Source of the DNA: an uncultured Thermoplasmata archaeon
GTDB taxonomy: Archaea > Thermoplasmatota > Thermoplasmata > Halarchaeoplasmatales > Halarchaeoplasmataceae
Length of the DNA stretch: 64,000 nucleotides
Assembly (NCBI GenBank): GCA_964399335.1
Contig: CAYNQI010000001.1
Location: forward strand, 14,707 to 78,706
Direction: 5' to 3'
Below the pieces are notes generated by a model. The model had not been told where the DNA came from and did no database searches. It saw only the letters and a program-made list of their open reading frames with translations. The position numbers were made by a program, and so were the translations under genes. Below are positions 10,533 through 20,653 of the stretch, piece by piece (the stretch's first letter is position 1; every line of letters begins with the position of its first letter).

Positions 10533-11330
10533 TTAATCTGAAAACTCTCTCCAATCGACTCCTATAGTGGCGCTTCTCAATTTGGCTACCGTCGGTATCT
10601 TTCTCTTGTGAGCGTTCTTTTCTACCATGGCTTTTATATCTTGAACGTCCTCTTCAGATACTCCGTTGATCTCAGCGATCCTTTCCATGGTATATCCCTT
10701 TTCGATCCCTTTGAGTATCTCGTCTATTTCCTCGTACGCATACCCCAATTCATCTTCATCGGTTTGTCCCTCCCAAAGACCTGCTCTCGGAACCTTGTTT
10801 AAAAACCGTTCTGGAACATCTATGACTTCAGCTAATTTACTGAGGTCACTCTTGTAGATATCTCCAACGGGTAGGAAGTCTGCAGCACTGTCTCCATATT
10901 TTGTAGTGTAACCTAATAATAGTTCACTTTTGTTACTGGTACCAACGACCAAACCGTTCTCAACATTAGCAAAGTAATACTCAAGGCACATCCGTATCCT
11001 TGCTTTTAGGTTTGCAAAGGCCATCCTGTTATCAGGGTCTCCAGGGAATTCCTTCAATATATTGTCTATATCTATATCGTGATATTTTACATCCCATTCA
11101 GATGCCAACCAACGAGCATCCTTCATATCCTGCTCAGGAGATGCAGATTCTGGCATGATGAGGCAGATAACTTTATCGTTCCCTAGTGCGTCTATACATA
11201 ATTTCAATACCGTTGCAGAATCCAGTCCACCACTCAATCCAAGTATCACTTTATCGGAGCCGGTTTTCTCAACCTTGTCCCTGATAAAATTATATATGAT
11301 CTTCAGAGTTTCGTTATTTGAAGAGGTCAT
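10533..11330 (-). CDS. nadE: NH3-dependent NAD+ synthetase
   Basis: PP-loop 'GLSGGLDSATV'. Length and C-terminus are typical of NadE. Confidence 0.9.
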   Translation of the reverse strand: MTSSNNETLKIIYNFIRDKVEKTGSDKVILGLSGGLDSATVLKLCIDALGNDKVICLIMPESASPEQDMKDARWLASEWDVKYHDIDIDNILKEFPGDPDNRMAFANLKARIRMCLEYYFANVENGLVVGTSNKSELLLGYTTKYGDSAADFLPVGDIYKSDLSKLAEVIDVPERFLNKVPRAGLWEGQTDEDELGYAYEEIDEILKGIEKGYTMERIAEINGVSEEDVQDIKAMVEKNAHKRKIPTVAKLRSATIGVDWREFSD

Positions 11331-11380
11331 GATTTGGAAGTGAACCGTTGTAATATTACTTTTATGGTGCTGTGAACCTT

Positions 11381-11752
11381 TTACACTTTTTCGATCCTGA
11401 TCTTTCCCTCATCTTTTACATCCTTTAACTTTTCAGATTCCTCCACGGATCCGATCACGTTCACGTCACTTGCAGCTACCGGTTTTTTAGTGGTGGAATC
11501 CGGTGTTTCACCGAAGAACAGAGCTATGGCTTTACCTGGTGGCCAGTAAGCTAAGGTTCCTACTTCAACTTCTGTTCGAGCTGTTTCGTCGAGTTCCATC
11601 TCAACGGCTATCGGAAAGTAGAACTCGTTACCCCATGTCTGAAAAGCCTTCTCCATCGGGAGCATCTCTTCGAAGACTTCTGCACAATTTGTATCCTTTA
11701 ACTGACCCTTCAACTCTACATCTCCCACGATTACTTTGATCTCACTTCCCAT
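11381..11752 (-). CDS. Cyclophilin-like fold protein (PF04126/DUF369-type)
   Basis: About 120 aa with an 'AYWPPGKAIALFFG' motif. Confidence 0.5.
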   Translation of the reverse strand: MGSEIKVIVGDVELKGQLKDTNCAEVFEEMLPMEKAFQTWGNEFYFPIAVEMELDETARTEVEVGTLAYWPPGKAIALFFGETPDSTTKKPVAASDVNVIGSVEESEKLKDVKDEGKIRIEKV

Positions 11753-11881
11753 ATTATCAACACTAGATTGGTTACAGATTTATTATTTTTTATGGTGTTT
11801 ACTAGATCGACATCCCACTAAAATCGAAAGTTTTTTAACTTCTGTATTCCAAATAATAATTAGATTATGGAGGCTTGAAAT

Positions 11882-12448
11882 ATGAAGGTTAGATGGTTGG
11901 GTAATTCCTGTGTAGAGATCTTTCGAGATCAACATATATTGATAGATCCGAACTTTCTAGTTGAACCGGAAAAGAAGCCAGATATAGTTCTTGTTACCCA
12001 TGAACACGATGACCATTTCGATCCCGAGGACTTCGACGAGTATGGAAGTGATGCAAAACTACTAGCTCCGGAGCCGACTTTGGAGAAATTCGATCTGGAC
12101 GGTATCGGAGCCGAACCGGGGATGTATTTTAAAGATATTAAGATGTTAGATTGCCAGTGCTGGAAAGCCGAGAAAAGTGTCAGTTATTACTACAAAGGTG
12201 TACTACATAGTGGAGATTCTAATGTTTTCCCGGATGTAGAAGATGTGAAGCTGCTGTTCACTGCCTGTTTCCCGGATTACTACGACGACTACATCTCAGC
12301 TGCAAAAAGGTTGGAAGCAGAAAAAGTGGTCCCGTTCCACTACAGCCCAGAGGAAGGTACTGATGACGCTGAAGAACTGGTTAGTCTGATGGAAGATGAA
12401 GAGATAATCGCTACTCTTTTGGAACTTGGCGAGTCCGTTGAAATCTAG
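11882..12448 (+). CDS. Metallo-beta-lactamase-fold hydrolase
   Basis: 'VLVTHEHDDHFD' metal-binding motif. A GGAGG ribosome-binding site lies upstream. Confidence 0.7.
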   Translation: MKVRWLGNSCVEIFRDQHILIDPNFLVEPEKKPDIVLVTHEHDDHFDPEDFDEYGSDAKLLAPEPTLEKFDLDGIGAEPGMYFKDIKMLDCQCWKAEKSVSYYYKGVLHSGDSNVFPDVEDVKLLFTACFPDYYDDYISAAKRLEAEKVVPFHYSPEEGTDDAEELVSLMEDEEIIATLLELGESVEI

Positions 12449-12484
12449 AAAGTTATTTACACACTTACAATAATTAAGAAAAGC

Positions 12485-13912
12485 ATGAAGACCGCTATAG
12501 TCAACACAAAACTGCTCACATTCCAGGGGGAAGGATTGGGTATAATAGACGATGGAGCTTTGTCATTTTCCCGTGGGAAGATCGACTTCGTAGGTAAATC
12601 AAGTGATCTCAAAAGGGATGACGTTGAACGTACGATAGACGGAAAAGGTCACGTAACTATGCCCGGGCTTGTAAACGCCCATACGCATACTAGTTCTACG
12701 ATCTTAAGGGGTGGGGCACAGGATGTACCGGAAATAGAGTGGATGAACAAAGCCATCGGACCGATCGCTAGGCATCTAAAAAAAGATGATAGGATATTGG
12801 GTTCAAAATTAGGTGTGATAGAAGGACTGCGGTCAGGTATCACTACGTTCGGGGAATACATATCCGACGTTGGTAGATCCATCGAAGAGGTGTATGCACC
12901 TTTTGATGTTCGAGTAGCTGCCACGGAAATTATCAACGAAGTGACTTCCAACAAACAAAGTTTAGGTCCAAAAGATGTTTACGAATTAGACAAGGATAAA
13001 GGAAGAAGAGCTTTGAAAGTGAGTGACAAACTCCAAGACAAGTACGAAGGAGAGGATCTGGTCAAGATGATGTACGGACCTCAAGCACTGGACATGGTCA
13101 CTGAAGATACTCTCAAACAAGTTAAAGAACACGCGGAAAAAAGGAGCGCTAAAATACATATGCACGTAGCTCAAGGTGAACGAGAACGATTACAGATCAA
13201 AGGTAGATATGGAAAGGAAGCCACCACTATTAAAGTACTCAAAGAATCGAACCTACTTGATGAAAACCTCTTAGCTGCGCACTGTCATGATACTACACAA
13301 GAAGAAAAAGAGATCATGGTCGAAAACAATGTTGATATGGTAGGGTGTCCCAGTTCTATAGCTATGATAGACGGGATAGTACCACCGGTTTCAGAGTTCT
13401 TAGAACTAGGTGGAAACGTTGGTTTAGGTACTGATCAGGCACCAGGTCCGGGTACGCACAACCTGTTCAGAGAGATGAGAACGGCCTCGATATTGACTAA
13501 AACCAAGTACAAAGACCCAACAAAACTACCTGCATGGGATACACTCAGGTTGGGATGTATAGGAGGAGCAAGTGTTTTAGATTGGGATGAAAAGATAGGT
13601 TCTCTCGAGGAAGGTAAATCCGCGGACATCATCACTGTAGACCTCTCTAAAGTCAATTTGACGCCTTCAGTCGATATACCATTCCATAATTTCGTTCCAA
13701 ATCTAGTTTATTCAGCAACCGGTTTTGAGGTGGACAATGTATTCATCGCTGGAAAACATATAATGAGGGATGGAGAATTCGTTAAAATAGATGAAAAAAG
13801 GGTAGTTAAAGAAGCTCAAGATAGAGCCGTCGACCTGTTCAAAGAAGCTAAAGACGACTGGGAAGAAGCCGAAAGTTACCTGGTCGACATGACTCGAGAA
13901 GGACTTCTCTGA
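12485..13912 (+). CDS. Amidohydrolase, MtaD/SsnA-like (5'-methylthioadenosine/S-adenosylhomocysteine deaminase family)
   Basis: 'MPGLVNAHTHT' metal-binding HxH. Later 'HVAQ' and 'GTDQ' motifs and ~475 aa length fit the family. Confidence 0.75.
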   Translation: MKTAIVNTKLLTFQGEGLGIIDDGALSFSRGKIDFVGKSSDLKRDDVERTIDGKGHVTMPGLVNAHTHTSSTILRGGAQDVPEIEWMNKAIGPIARHLKKDDRILGSKLGVIEGLRSGITTFGEYISDVGRSIEEVYAPFDVRVAATEIINEVTSNKQSLGPKDVYELDKDKGRRALKVSDKLQDKYEGEDLVKMMYGPQALDMVTEDTLKQVKEHAEKRSAKIHMHVAQGERERLQIKGRYGKEATTIKVLKESNLLDENLLAAHCHDTTQEEKEIMVENNVDMVGCPSSIAMIDGIVPPVSEFLELGGNVGLGTDQAPGPGTHNLFREMRTASILTKTKYKDPTKLPAWDTLRLGCIGGASVLDWDEKIGSLEEGKSADIITVDLSKVNLTPSVDIPFHNFVPNLVYSATGFEVDNVFIAGKHIMRDGEFVKIDEKRVVKEAQDRAVDLFKEAKDDWEEAESYLVDMTREGLL

Positions 13913-15277
13913 TCACTTTTTGTGAAGTAAGTACCTCCCAACGTAAACGTCGATATCTTCCTTTCCGTTCACATCAAATTCGATAGTGTTCTTCTGTCCT
14001 TCCCCATCGAGGTAATAGAACTCAAAATCTGAGACATCCTCTTTCTTGGGGATCAACATTATAGATGCCTTTTCTAAATCATCCAAGAACTCCAGTCTTA
14101 AGAGTCCCTCGTGCTTCTCGACTTTTGCTTTTCTTGCGCCTCTGAATGTTTCGTAATGCCCTTCAAGTAGATCGAGCCTATCTTTCCTGGCGAAGAAGGG
14201 CATTTCCCTCCAATCGTCACCGTCTATTATATTCATCACTGCCTTGGCCACTGCTACCACAGATGAGGTTGGTGATGTGTTGCAGGCTAAAGCGACTCCG
14301 ATATCTTCAGTGAATCCCAAGTAGGCGGAAGCTACAGCTATAGAACCACCGTGTCCTACCATTTTTTGGCCTTTGAAATCTTTAACACCCCAGCCGTATC
14401 CGTATCTGTCATTTTCCCTTGAAACGTAACCTTTGTGCATCTTTTCAATAAGGTCTTCAGCGATCAGTCTTTCACCGTTAAACACTCCTCCATCCATGTT
14501 CATGATCATATAATTGGCTAAGTCATCGATTGGACACAATAAGCCTCCTGCTGGGAAACTGAATTCTCTGACTGGTAGATCTGTTTCAGTTGGTTCACCG
14601 TCTCTGGAAAAGTAAGGTGTCATCTCATCATCTTTTCCATCCAGTTCAAAAACCGATCGGTTCATAGATAAAGGTTCGAATATCTCATTTTGAATAAAGT
14701 TCCTGTAAGAGGTACCTGTCACTTTTTCTATGATCTGACCTAAGAGACAATATCCAGTGTTGAAGTAGAAGAATCTCTCACCTGGATCAGATGGTATCTC
14801 GTCTTTTGCGTTGTTAACATGCATGTACAAGTCATCTAGGTCTCCAAGAGGTACACCTCTTTCTTCCAATCCGATCAACCTCGCAATCAAAACTTCACTT
14901 ACACCTAGAGAAGGCATCCCTGAAGAGTGTGTGAGCAGGTGATGAATCGTTATCGAGTCGGGCCAATTTACCGGGATATATTCATTAACTGGATCCTTAA
15001 CATCTAACTTCCCTCTTTCAACCAATTTCATGATCCCCAGTGCTGTAAATGATTTAGATATGGATCCGATCCCATAGATCGTCTTGACTGTTGCCGGTAG
15101 ATCCTTTTTTAAATCCCTAGAACCAAAACCACGGGCATAATTAATTTCACTATCCTCAACTACTGCTAAACTCATCCCTGGTACTTTTGCTTCAGTCATC
15201 CACCAGCTGATAAAATCGCCTATCTCGTTGGAGGTGTCTTCATTCAAATTATCGATTTTTTTAGCCATACATGTCAC
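13913..15277 (-). CDS. Beta-lactamase-family serine hydrolase (class C/PBP-like/D-aminopeptidase-like)
   Basis: SxxK active-site motif 'SISKSF' and overall ~450 aa architecture. Confidence 0.75.
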   Translation of the reverse strand: MTCMAKKIDNLNEDTSNEIGDFISWWMTEAKVPGMSLAVVEDSEINYARGFGSRDLKKDLPATVKTIYGIGSISKSFTALGIMKLVERGKLDVKDPVNEYIPVNWPDSITIHHLLTHSSGMPSLGVSEVLIARLIGLEERGVPLGDLDDLYMHVNNAKDEIPSDPGERFFYFNTGYCLLGQIIEKVTGTSYRNFIQNEIFEPLSMNRSVFELDGKDDEMTPYFSRDGEPTETDLPVREFSFPAGGLLCPIDDLANYMIMNMDGGVFNGERLIAEDLIEKMHKGYVSRENDRYGYGWGVKDFKGQKMVGHGGSIAVASAYLGFTEDIGVALACNTSPTSSVVAVAKAVMNIIDGDDWREMPFFARKDRLDLLEGHYETFRGARKAKVEKHEGLLRLEFLDDLEKASIMLIPKKEDVSDFEFYYLDGEGQKNTIEFDVNGKEDIDVYVGRYLLHKK

Positions 15278-15366
15278 CTATGATCATCTAAAAGATGGCA
15301 AAATAAATATTTTTTTTGTTTTTTCTCCCGTAAATTTAAATTTTCTAAAGGCTTTCGCAATTATCC

Positions 15367-15765
15367 ATGCATCCTATAGAACCTTTGATACTAGCCGTTT
15401 CAGCTATCCTTATCCATGAGGTTTTTCACTACATACCTCATATATTTATGAAAACTAAAATAGAAAGATTTATCGTATCTACTAAATCAGTTGGTTTTCA
15501 ATTCTCAAACGACTTCCTGCAAGAGAAAAATAAGGTGATCGCAGTCTACCTGTTACCCCTTTTCCTTTCATCGATATTAGTAATAGATCCTTATGCTCCT
15601 CGGATATTCATTTTTGGTATAGTTAATCTCCTTTGGAGTATCACAGATATATCTACACTTGCTTCTCTTCTAACAAGATCACCCATTGAAAGGGTGAAAT
15701 GGGCTGACAAGAAGGATAGGAAGGCTAGAGATAAAGCCATCATAGACTTGTCAAGATCGAGCTGA
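15367..15765 (+). CDS. Small membrane protein with intramembrane HExxH motif (putative mini metalloprotease)
   Basis: 'ILIHEVFHYIPH' lies in the first hydrophobic helix. A further transmembrane segment and a basic C-terminal tail follow. Confidence 0.35.
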   Translation: MHPIEPLILAVSAILIHEVFHYIPHIFMKTKIERFIVSTKSVGFQFSNDFLQEKNKVIAVYLLPLFLSSILVIDPYAPRIFIFGIVNLLWSITDISTLASLLTRSPIERVKWADKKDRKARDKAIIDLSRSS

Positions 15766-15769
15766 CTGA

Positions 15770-16102
15770 TCAATAATCTAAATCATCAACTTTCGAAGCG
15801 ATTATAAAATCGTTTTCTGACAAGCCTTCAATAGCATGTGTGTAAAGGATTAATTTTACAGTATTCCAAGATATGTATATATCAGGGTGATGTCCTTCTT
15901 CTTCGGCAATGTCCGCAACCTTGTTTACAAATTCCATAGATTCTTCGAAGTTTTTAAAACTAAAAATCTTCTTGATTTTATGTGTATCCTTCCTATCTAT
16001 ATCCCAGTTATCAACATCTTTTAGATATCTATCTTCTTCTACATCCGGCATCGGGGACTGTCCCCCTTCACAAGGGACACAATGTTTTTCAGATAATTCC
16101 AT
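15770..16102 (-). CDS. Pterin-4a-carbinolamine dehydratase (PCD/DCoH)
   Basis: 'EEGHHPDIYISWNTVKL' is the conserved PCD signature. Confidence 0.8.
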   Translation of the reverse strand: MELSEKHCVPCEGGQSPMPDVEEDRYLKDVDNWDIDRKDTHKIKKIFSFKNFEESMEFVNKVADIAEEEGHHPDIYISWNTVKLILYTHAIEGLSENDFIIASKVDDLDY

Positions 16103-16231
16103 CTAGATTACCATCGAATGATATCAAAACAGATTAATTAAATCTTGTGTTGCGATGAATAAATAGACGTTAATCTAACATAACACAATTAAGGGGCAAA
16201 TACGCAGTATTTTTAATTAGGCTTGATCCGA

Positions 16232-16513
16232 TTAAGGTTCTAAACTGACCGTTATAGACATCGAGGAAACGTTGACTGTCCGATCATCCTCTTCTTGTTC
16301 TATCTCTTCAGTATCCGTTTCAATGCCGGTTATGTTTGCTTCTTTTAAAAATCTGTTTTTGGTTATCTCGGCAACGTCAACTGCCTTACTGATGGCTCTT
16401 CCTCTAGCCTTGATAAAGACTTCATCAGAGCCGCTATTGAATTGATTCACGACAGCCATAACGTACGCCATTGTTTCCTTATTTCCGATATACACTGTGT
16501 TTTCTTCTGCCAT
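16232..16513 (-). CDS. albA: Chromatin protein Alba
   Basis: '[12 protein letters not shown]…[19 protein letters not shown]…RFL' matches the canonical Alba sequence. Confidence 0.85.
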   Translation of the reverse strand: MAEENTVYIGNKETMAYVMAVVNQFNSGSDEVFIKARGRAISKAVDVAEITKNRFLKEANITGIETDTEEIEQEEDDRTVNVSSMSITVSLEP

Positions 16514-16713
16514 ATCTATGTACCTCGCATATCTTGCATTTCCAAATTAAAAAGGTTATATTTACTATTTTAGTTTTTTAACTCTTTACCCAAGAAGTCA
16601 TCTTCCTAAATCTCTGATTTAGGTGGGGGATGAATTGGGGTGGCTTTTCAATCACACTTTCACTGGCCCCCTCTAATAATGTCTTATATACCTAGAAAGA
16701 AATTCATACTTGG

Positions 16714-16974
16714 ATGGAAGCTAAAAAAACCATAACTTGTAGGATTATCGAGCCCAACAAATGTAAATTAGAAGCCCTCAAGACAGAATATGATAAGGTT
16801 CAACGATATATCAAAGGTGAAGATGTTGATACCTATTCGGCTACCGTTCAAGCGATGGATAAGTACACAGATTTTGGATGCCCTCGACGACGATGGTACC
16901 CTGGATTCACCATGCCATTGCTTGCCATCGCGGTAGTCCTAGCACTGGTAATCTATTATAAGAAGAGATGGTAA
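16714..16974 (+). CDS. Small protein with PGF-CTERM-like C-terminal membrane anchor
   Basis: C-terminus 'PGFTMPLLAIAVVLALVIYYKKRW' has PGF, a transmembrane helix and basic residues. No N-terminal signal peptide is evident. Confidence 0.4.
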   Translation: MEAKKTITCRIIEPNKCKLEALKTEYDKVQRYIKGEDVDTYSATVQAMDKYTDFGCPRRRWYPGFTMPLLAIAVVLALVIYYKKRW

Positions 16975-17002
16975 AAACCTATCAAATTCAACCAGGAGTA
17001 TG

Positions 17003-17467
17003 TCAACCTTCTCTTAACCAATCTTCGAGAGCAGAGATACCAGTAGGATGACTTATCTTGATCAATGCTTTAGCGGTTTCATCCTGAACCCATACTTTAT
17101 CTTCCTTCAAAAGTTCTACTAAATGGTCAACTGCTTCTTCAGATCCTATCTCACCCAGGGCATCGGCTGCACAACCTCTTACAAAGTAATGTTCATCATT
17201 TAAAAGTTCTATTAGATGTTCAATTAACTCTTCATTTTCATATTTACCTAATGTCCTAGCAGCTATGCCCCTTACTCTCTCATCATCATCATCTAATGCT
17301 TTTACCAAAGGATCGATAACTTTTTCATTCTCGATCACTTCGAGGATTTGAATAGCCTTTCGCCTAACTTCTGGATCATCATCCTGGAGGTCCTGGATTA
17401 TTTTTTCGACATATCCCATCGTATCTTTCTCCGGTTCCGTCAACCCAATTTGTCCAAATGGACTCAC
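17003..17467 (-). CDS. HEAT-repeat (PBS-lyase type) protein
   Basis: Three to four repeats of the form 'D..VR..A...LG.IG....(V/I)..L…'. Confidence 0.7.
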   Translation of the reverse strand: MSPFGQIGLTEPEKDTMGYVEKIIQDLQDDDPEVRRKAIQILEVIENEKVIDPLVKALDDDDERVRGIAARTLGKYENEELIEHLIELLNDEHYFVRGCAADALGEIGSEEAVDHLVELLKEDKVWVQDETAKALIKISHPTGISALEDWLREG

Positions 17468-17979
17468 TCCCTTTTAATAACAAATATTTTTGTTATTATT
17501 GAAGATATATTGAGGGTCCGACTATAAATAATTTACTGACAGAATACAATCAATATCAAAAAAAGATCGATTTTAAATGTTTAGATAAAACGGATATATA
17601 CCTAATTTAGAAAAAAAAGGGAGGGAGGGTGATTATCGTGATTTATCAATTGAGTAATTTTATAGCTCTATTAACGCAGGATTTATAATGTTCAAAATCC
17701 CCGTTACATTCAAAATCGAGAACCTCTTTAGTTCTCTCTAAACAATCCATGAATGAACCTATAGAAGAATTAAAAGAATTTAAGGATTTGATATCCTGCC
17801 GGGAGATAGTTTCTCGGTCTAACATAATATTGACCTTTAGGTCTGTTGTATATATGTGTATATATGCACACATTTATAAACCTTTTGTACCTTGATGAAA
17901 ATTAAAAAGAATGTTTTTTTATTATTTACCATAAAACAACATAGTAAGATATATCATTTGCCCTGTCTTTTGATGGGAT

Positions 17980-18417
17980 ATGGTCTCGGTTAGGACCTTT
18001 AGAGTAGATGACCTAAGAAAGGTAATGAAGATCGCTGATGAATCTTTAAAAGAAATTTATGATGAAGAGCTTTTTTTAACCCTTCATAGTGCTTGGAATA
18101 CTGGTTTTTATGTGGCAGTGAAAGACAATGCTGTCATAGGATTTATTTGCGGCACCATAATCCCCACTGAGCAAGCAAGATTGTTGATGCTAGCTGTCCA
18201 TCCATTGTATAGAAGACAGGGTGTTGGGTCCACGCTCATGAGTGTATTTGTAGAAAAATGCATAATAGAGGAGGTCAAAATCATTGTCCTTGAGGTAAGA
18301 CCGACCAATCACGTCGCTATCAATTTTTATCTGAGAAGGAATTTCAACCCTGTTGAAACTTTAGAAGACTTTTACACGAATGGGGAAACTGCGATAAAGA
18401 TGGTAAAACATTTATGA
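17980..18417 (+). CDS. GNAT family N-acetyltransferase (RimI-like)
   Basis: Acetyl-CoA-binding motif 'HPLYRRQGVGSTLM'. Confidence 0.8.
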   Translation: MVSVRTFRVDDLRKVMKIADESLKEIYDEELFLTLHSAWNTGFYVAVKDNAVIGFICGTIIPTEQARLLMLAVHPLYRRQGVGSTLMSVFVEKCIIEEVKIIVLEVRPTNHVAINFYLRRNFNPVETLEDFYTNGETAIKMVKHL

Positions 18418-18463
18418 TGCTATGATTTCCAAATCTACGTAATTTGATCAATGAGGTGTAAAC

Positions 18464-20086
18464 ATGGTAGAAAATATGGATAAACAGTTCGAAAAATTAG
18501 AAAAAGAAATCTTCGATAATTTTATGGAAAGAAATCCAACTTGGGCAACCTCTATAGGCATCCACGAATACGATCATTTGTTACCAGATATATCACGTGA
18601 TAAACACTTAAAAGATATTGAATTGATGAAGGGTTGGAAGGATGACCTAGAGGAGTTCGATCCCTCAGATCTATCCGAAGAAAAAAGGTTGTCAAGAAAA
18701 TTAGGTATTCATCTTTTCGAATTATTCTTATTTCAAATGGGAGATTTGAGACGGTGGGAAAAAAACCCATCACTGCCATCTGTGGTAGGAGGGGGGATAT
18801 TTCCACTCTTGAAGAGAGATTTTGCTCCTATCGAAGAGAGATTAGAAAGCATACATGGCAGAATCCAAGATATACCAAAATTATTGGAGCAGGAAAGAAC
18901 TAAGCTGGAAGAACCTGTAAAACTTTGGATAGGCATGGCTATCGAATCTGCAGAACAACTGCCAATGCTTTTTAAGCTAGTGTTGATGATAGCAAAAAAA
19001 GAAGATCTAGATAAGGAAGATATCGATAAGTTAAATGAATCAATCAATAAAGCCGATGAAGCTATTGAAGAATACATAGAATGGTTAGATGAAAAGAAAA
19101 GTGAAGGTGTAGATGAATTTGCCATCGGGTCCGAAAAATTTAGTGAATTGATAGAAAAAAGAGAATTGGGGTATAACCCAGATGAGATCCTAGATATAGG
19201 TGAAACTCTTCTCGAGGAATCAAAGAATCAAATGAAAAAATATGCTGAGCTTTTAAACAAAGAAGCCGATGTAGATGAAGTTGTTGAGGAAGTTATGTCC
19301 CAAACCCCAGAGTCCTTCGATGAGGCTCTAAACTGGTATCGGGAGGGGCTTGAAGACGCAAAAGAATTCGTAATAGAAAACGATTTGGCCACGATCCCAG
19401 AAAACGAAGAGATCGAAGTTACAGAAACACCTGAATACCTCAGACCTTTGATACCTTATGCAGCTTATATGCCTCCTGCAAAATTCGATGAAGTTATGAA
19501 AGGGATATACATAGTGACCCCACCAAACAATGAAGAGGCCCTAACAAATTACTCTTATTGGGATCTTAGAAATACGACAGTCCACGAAGGGTATCCTGGC
19601 CATCATCTTCAAAACGCAGCTGCTAGAACCAATGACGATATATTTCATCTATTTTCAAGAGCCATAGAAACTATCGAGGGATGGGCTCATTACTGTGAAG
19701 AGATGATGAAGGATCAAGGATTTGACGATACTCCCGAAGCCAGGTTGATACAGACAAAAGACGTGGTATGGAGAGCGGCTAGGATTATAGTTGATGTTAA
19801 CCTCAGCAGGGGTGATATGAAATTTGACGAAGCAGTTGATTTCTTAGTTGAACATGCACGATTGAAAGAAAAGGATGCAACAACTGAGGTGAAACGATAC
19901 ACCCAGAATCCAGCTTATCAATTGAGTTACCTTTTAGGTAAAGAGATGTTGAAAGATCTAAAGGAAGACGTTAAAAGTAAGATGGGGGACGATTATACTG
20001 AAAAATTCTTTCACGATACTATCCTATATTCAGGGAGCGTTCCCATGAAATATCTCAGGGAGATATTTGAAGAAAAAATAAAATAG
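18464..20086 (+). CDS. DUF885-family protein (putative metallopeptidase-like)
   Basis: 'HEGYPGHHLQ' signature and ~540 aa length. Confidence 0.65.
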   Translation: MVENMDKQFEKLEKEIFDNFMERNPTWATSIGIHEYDHLLPDISRDKHLKDIELMKGWKDDLEEFDPSDLSEEKRLSRKLGIHLFELFLFQMGDLRRWEKNPSLPSVVGGGIFPLLKRDFAPIEERLESIHGRIQDIPKLLEQERTKLEEPVKLWIGMAIESAEQLPMLFKLVLMIAKKEDLDKEDIDKLNESINKADEAIEEYIEWLDEKKSEGVDEFAIGSEKFSELIEKRELGYNPDEILDIGETLLEESKNQMKKYAELLNKEADVDEVVEEVMSQTPESFDEALNWYREGLEDAKEFVIENDLATIPENEEIEVTETPEYLRPLIPYAAYMPPAKFDEVMKGIYIVTPPNNEEALTNYSYWDLRNTTVHEGYPGHHLQNAAARTNDDIFHLFSRAIETIEGWAHYCEEMMKDQGFDDTPEARLIQTKDVVWRAARIIVDVNLSRGDMKFDEAVDFLVEHARLKEKDATTEVKRYTQNPAYQLSYLLGKEMLKDLKEDVKSKMGDDYTEKFFHDTILYSGSVPMKYLREIFEEKIK

Positions 20087-20131
20087 GAGTGGTTTTAGAA
20101 ATACCTAAGGTAAGAGAATTTCCTTAGCAAA

Positions 20132-20653
20132 TCACTTATTTTCTACCAGTTCGTCCGCTTTTACCAGTGATATGAGTTCTACATCCACTTCCTTTAGATT
20201 CTCTTCAGCACCTTCCTGCCTATCCACCACTACTATAACTTTTTTGACTTCTGCTCCGGCTTTTCTCAATACTTCTACGGTTTCAACAGAAGAACCGCCA
20301 GTTGTTGTAACATCTTCTACAATCACCACTTCCTCTCCTTCTTCAAGAACCCCTTCAAGCCGAGTTCCAGTTCCATGACCCTTCTCTTTTTTCCTGACCA
20401 TTATGTACGGAGAACCGGTCTCTAAAGATACAGCGGCAGCGATCGGGACGGCGCCTAACTCCATCCCGGCTATCTTTTCATCATCGATGTATTTAGCCAT
20501 CTTTTGTGCGACCTTCTTTAAAATATCAGGTCTAGTACTGGCTAATTTGATATCTACATAATAACTGCTCTTCTTACCTGAAGTAAGCGTGAACTCACCG
20601 TATTTTATCGCTCCACAATCTTCCAACATCTCTTTCAGCATATATTTCACCAA
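20132..20653 (-). CDS. pyrE: Orotate phosphoribosyltransferase
   Basis: PRPP-binding 'VVIVEDVTTTGGS'. Confidence 0.85.
   Translation of the reverse strand: MVKYMLKEMLEDCGAIKYGEFTLTSGKKSSYYVDIKLASTRPDILKKVAQKMAKYIDDEKIAGMELGAVPIAAAVSLETGSPYIMVRKKEKGHGTGTRLEGVLEEGEEVVIVEDVTTTGGSSVETVEVLRKAGAEVKKVIVVVDRQEGAEENLKEVDVELISLVKADELVENK

Noticed and set aside
16100-16713. Candidate C/D-box sRNAs in the intergenic regions around the Alba gene (GATGAAT-like motifs)
   Set aside because: No proper RUGAUGA/CUGA box pairs with appropriate spacing could be found by eye.
17646-17873. 75-aa ORF in the AT-rich 500-bp spacer
   Set aside because: It has an odd N-terminus (MCAYIHIY) and no motifs. It could be real but is unsupported.
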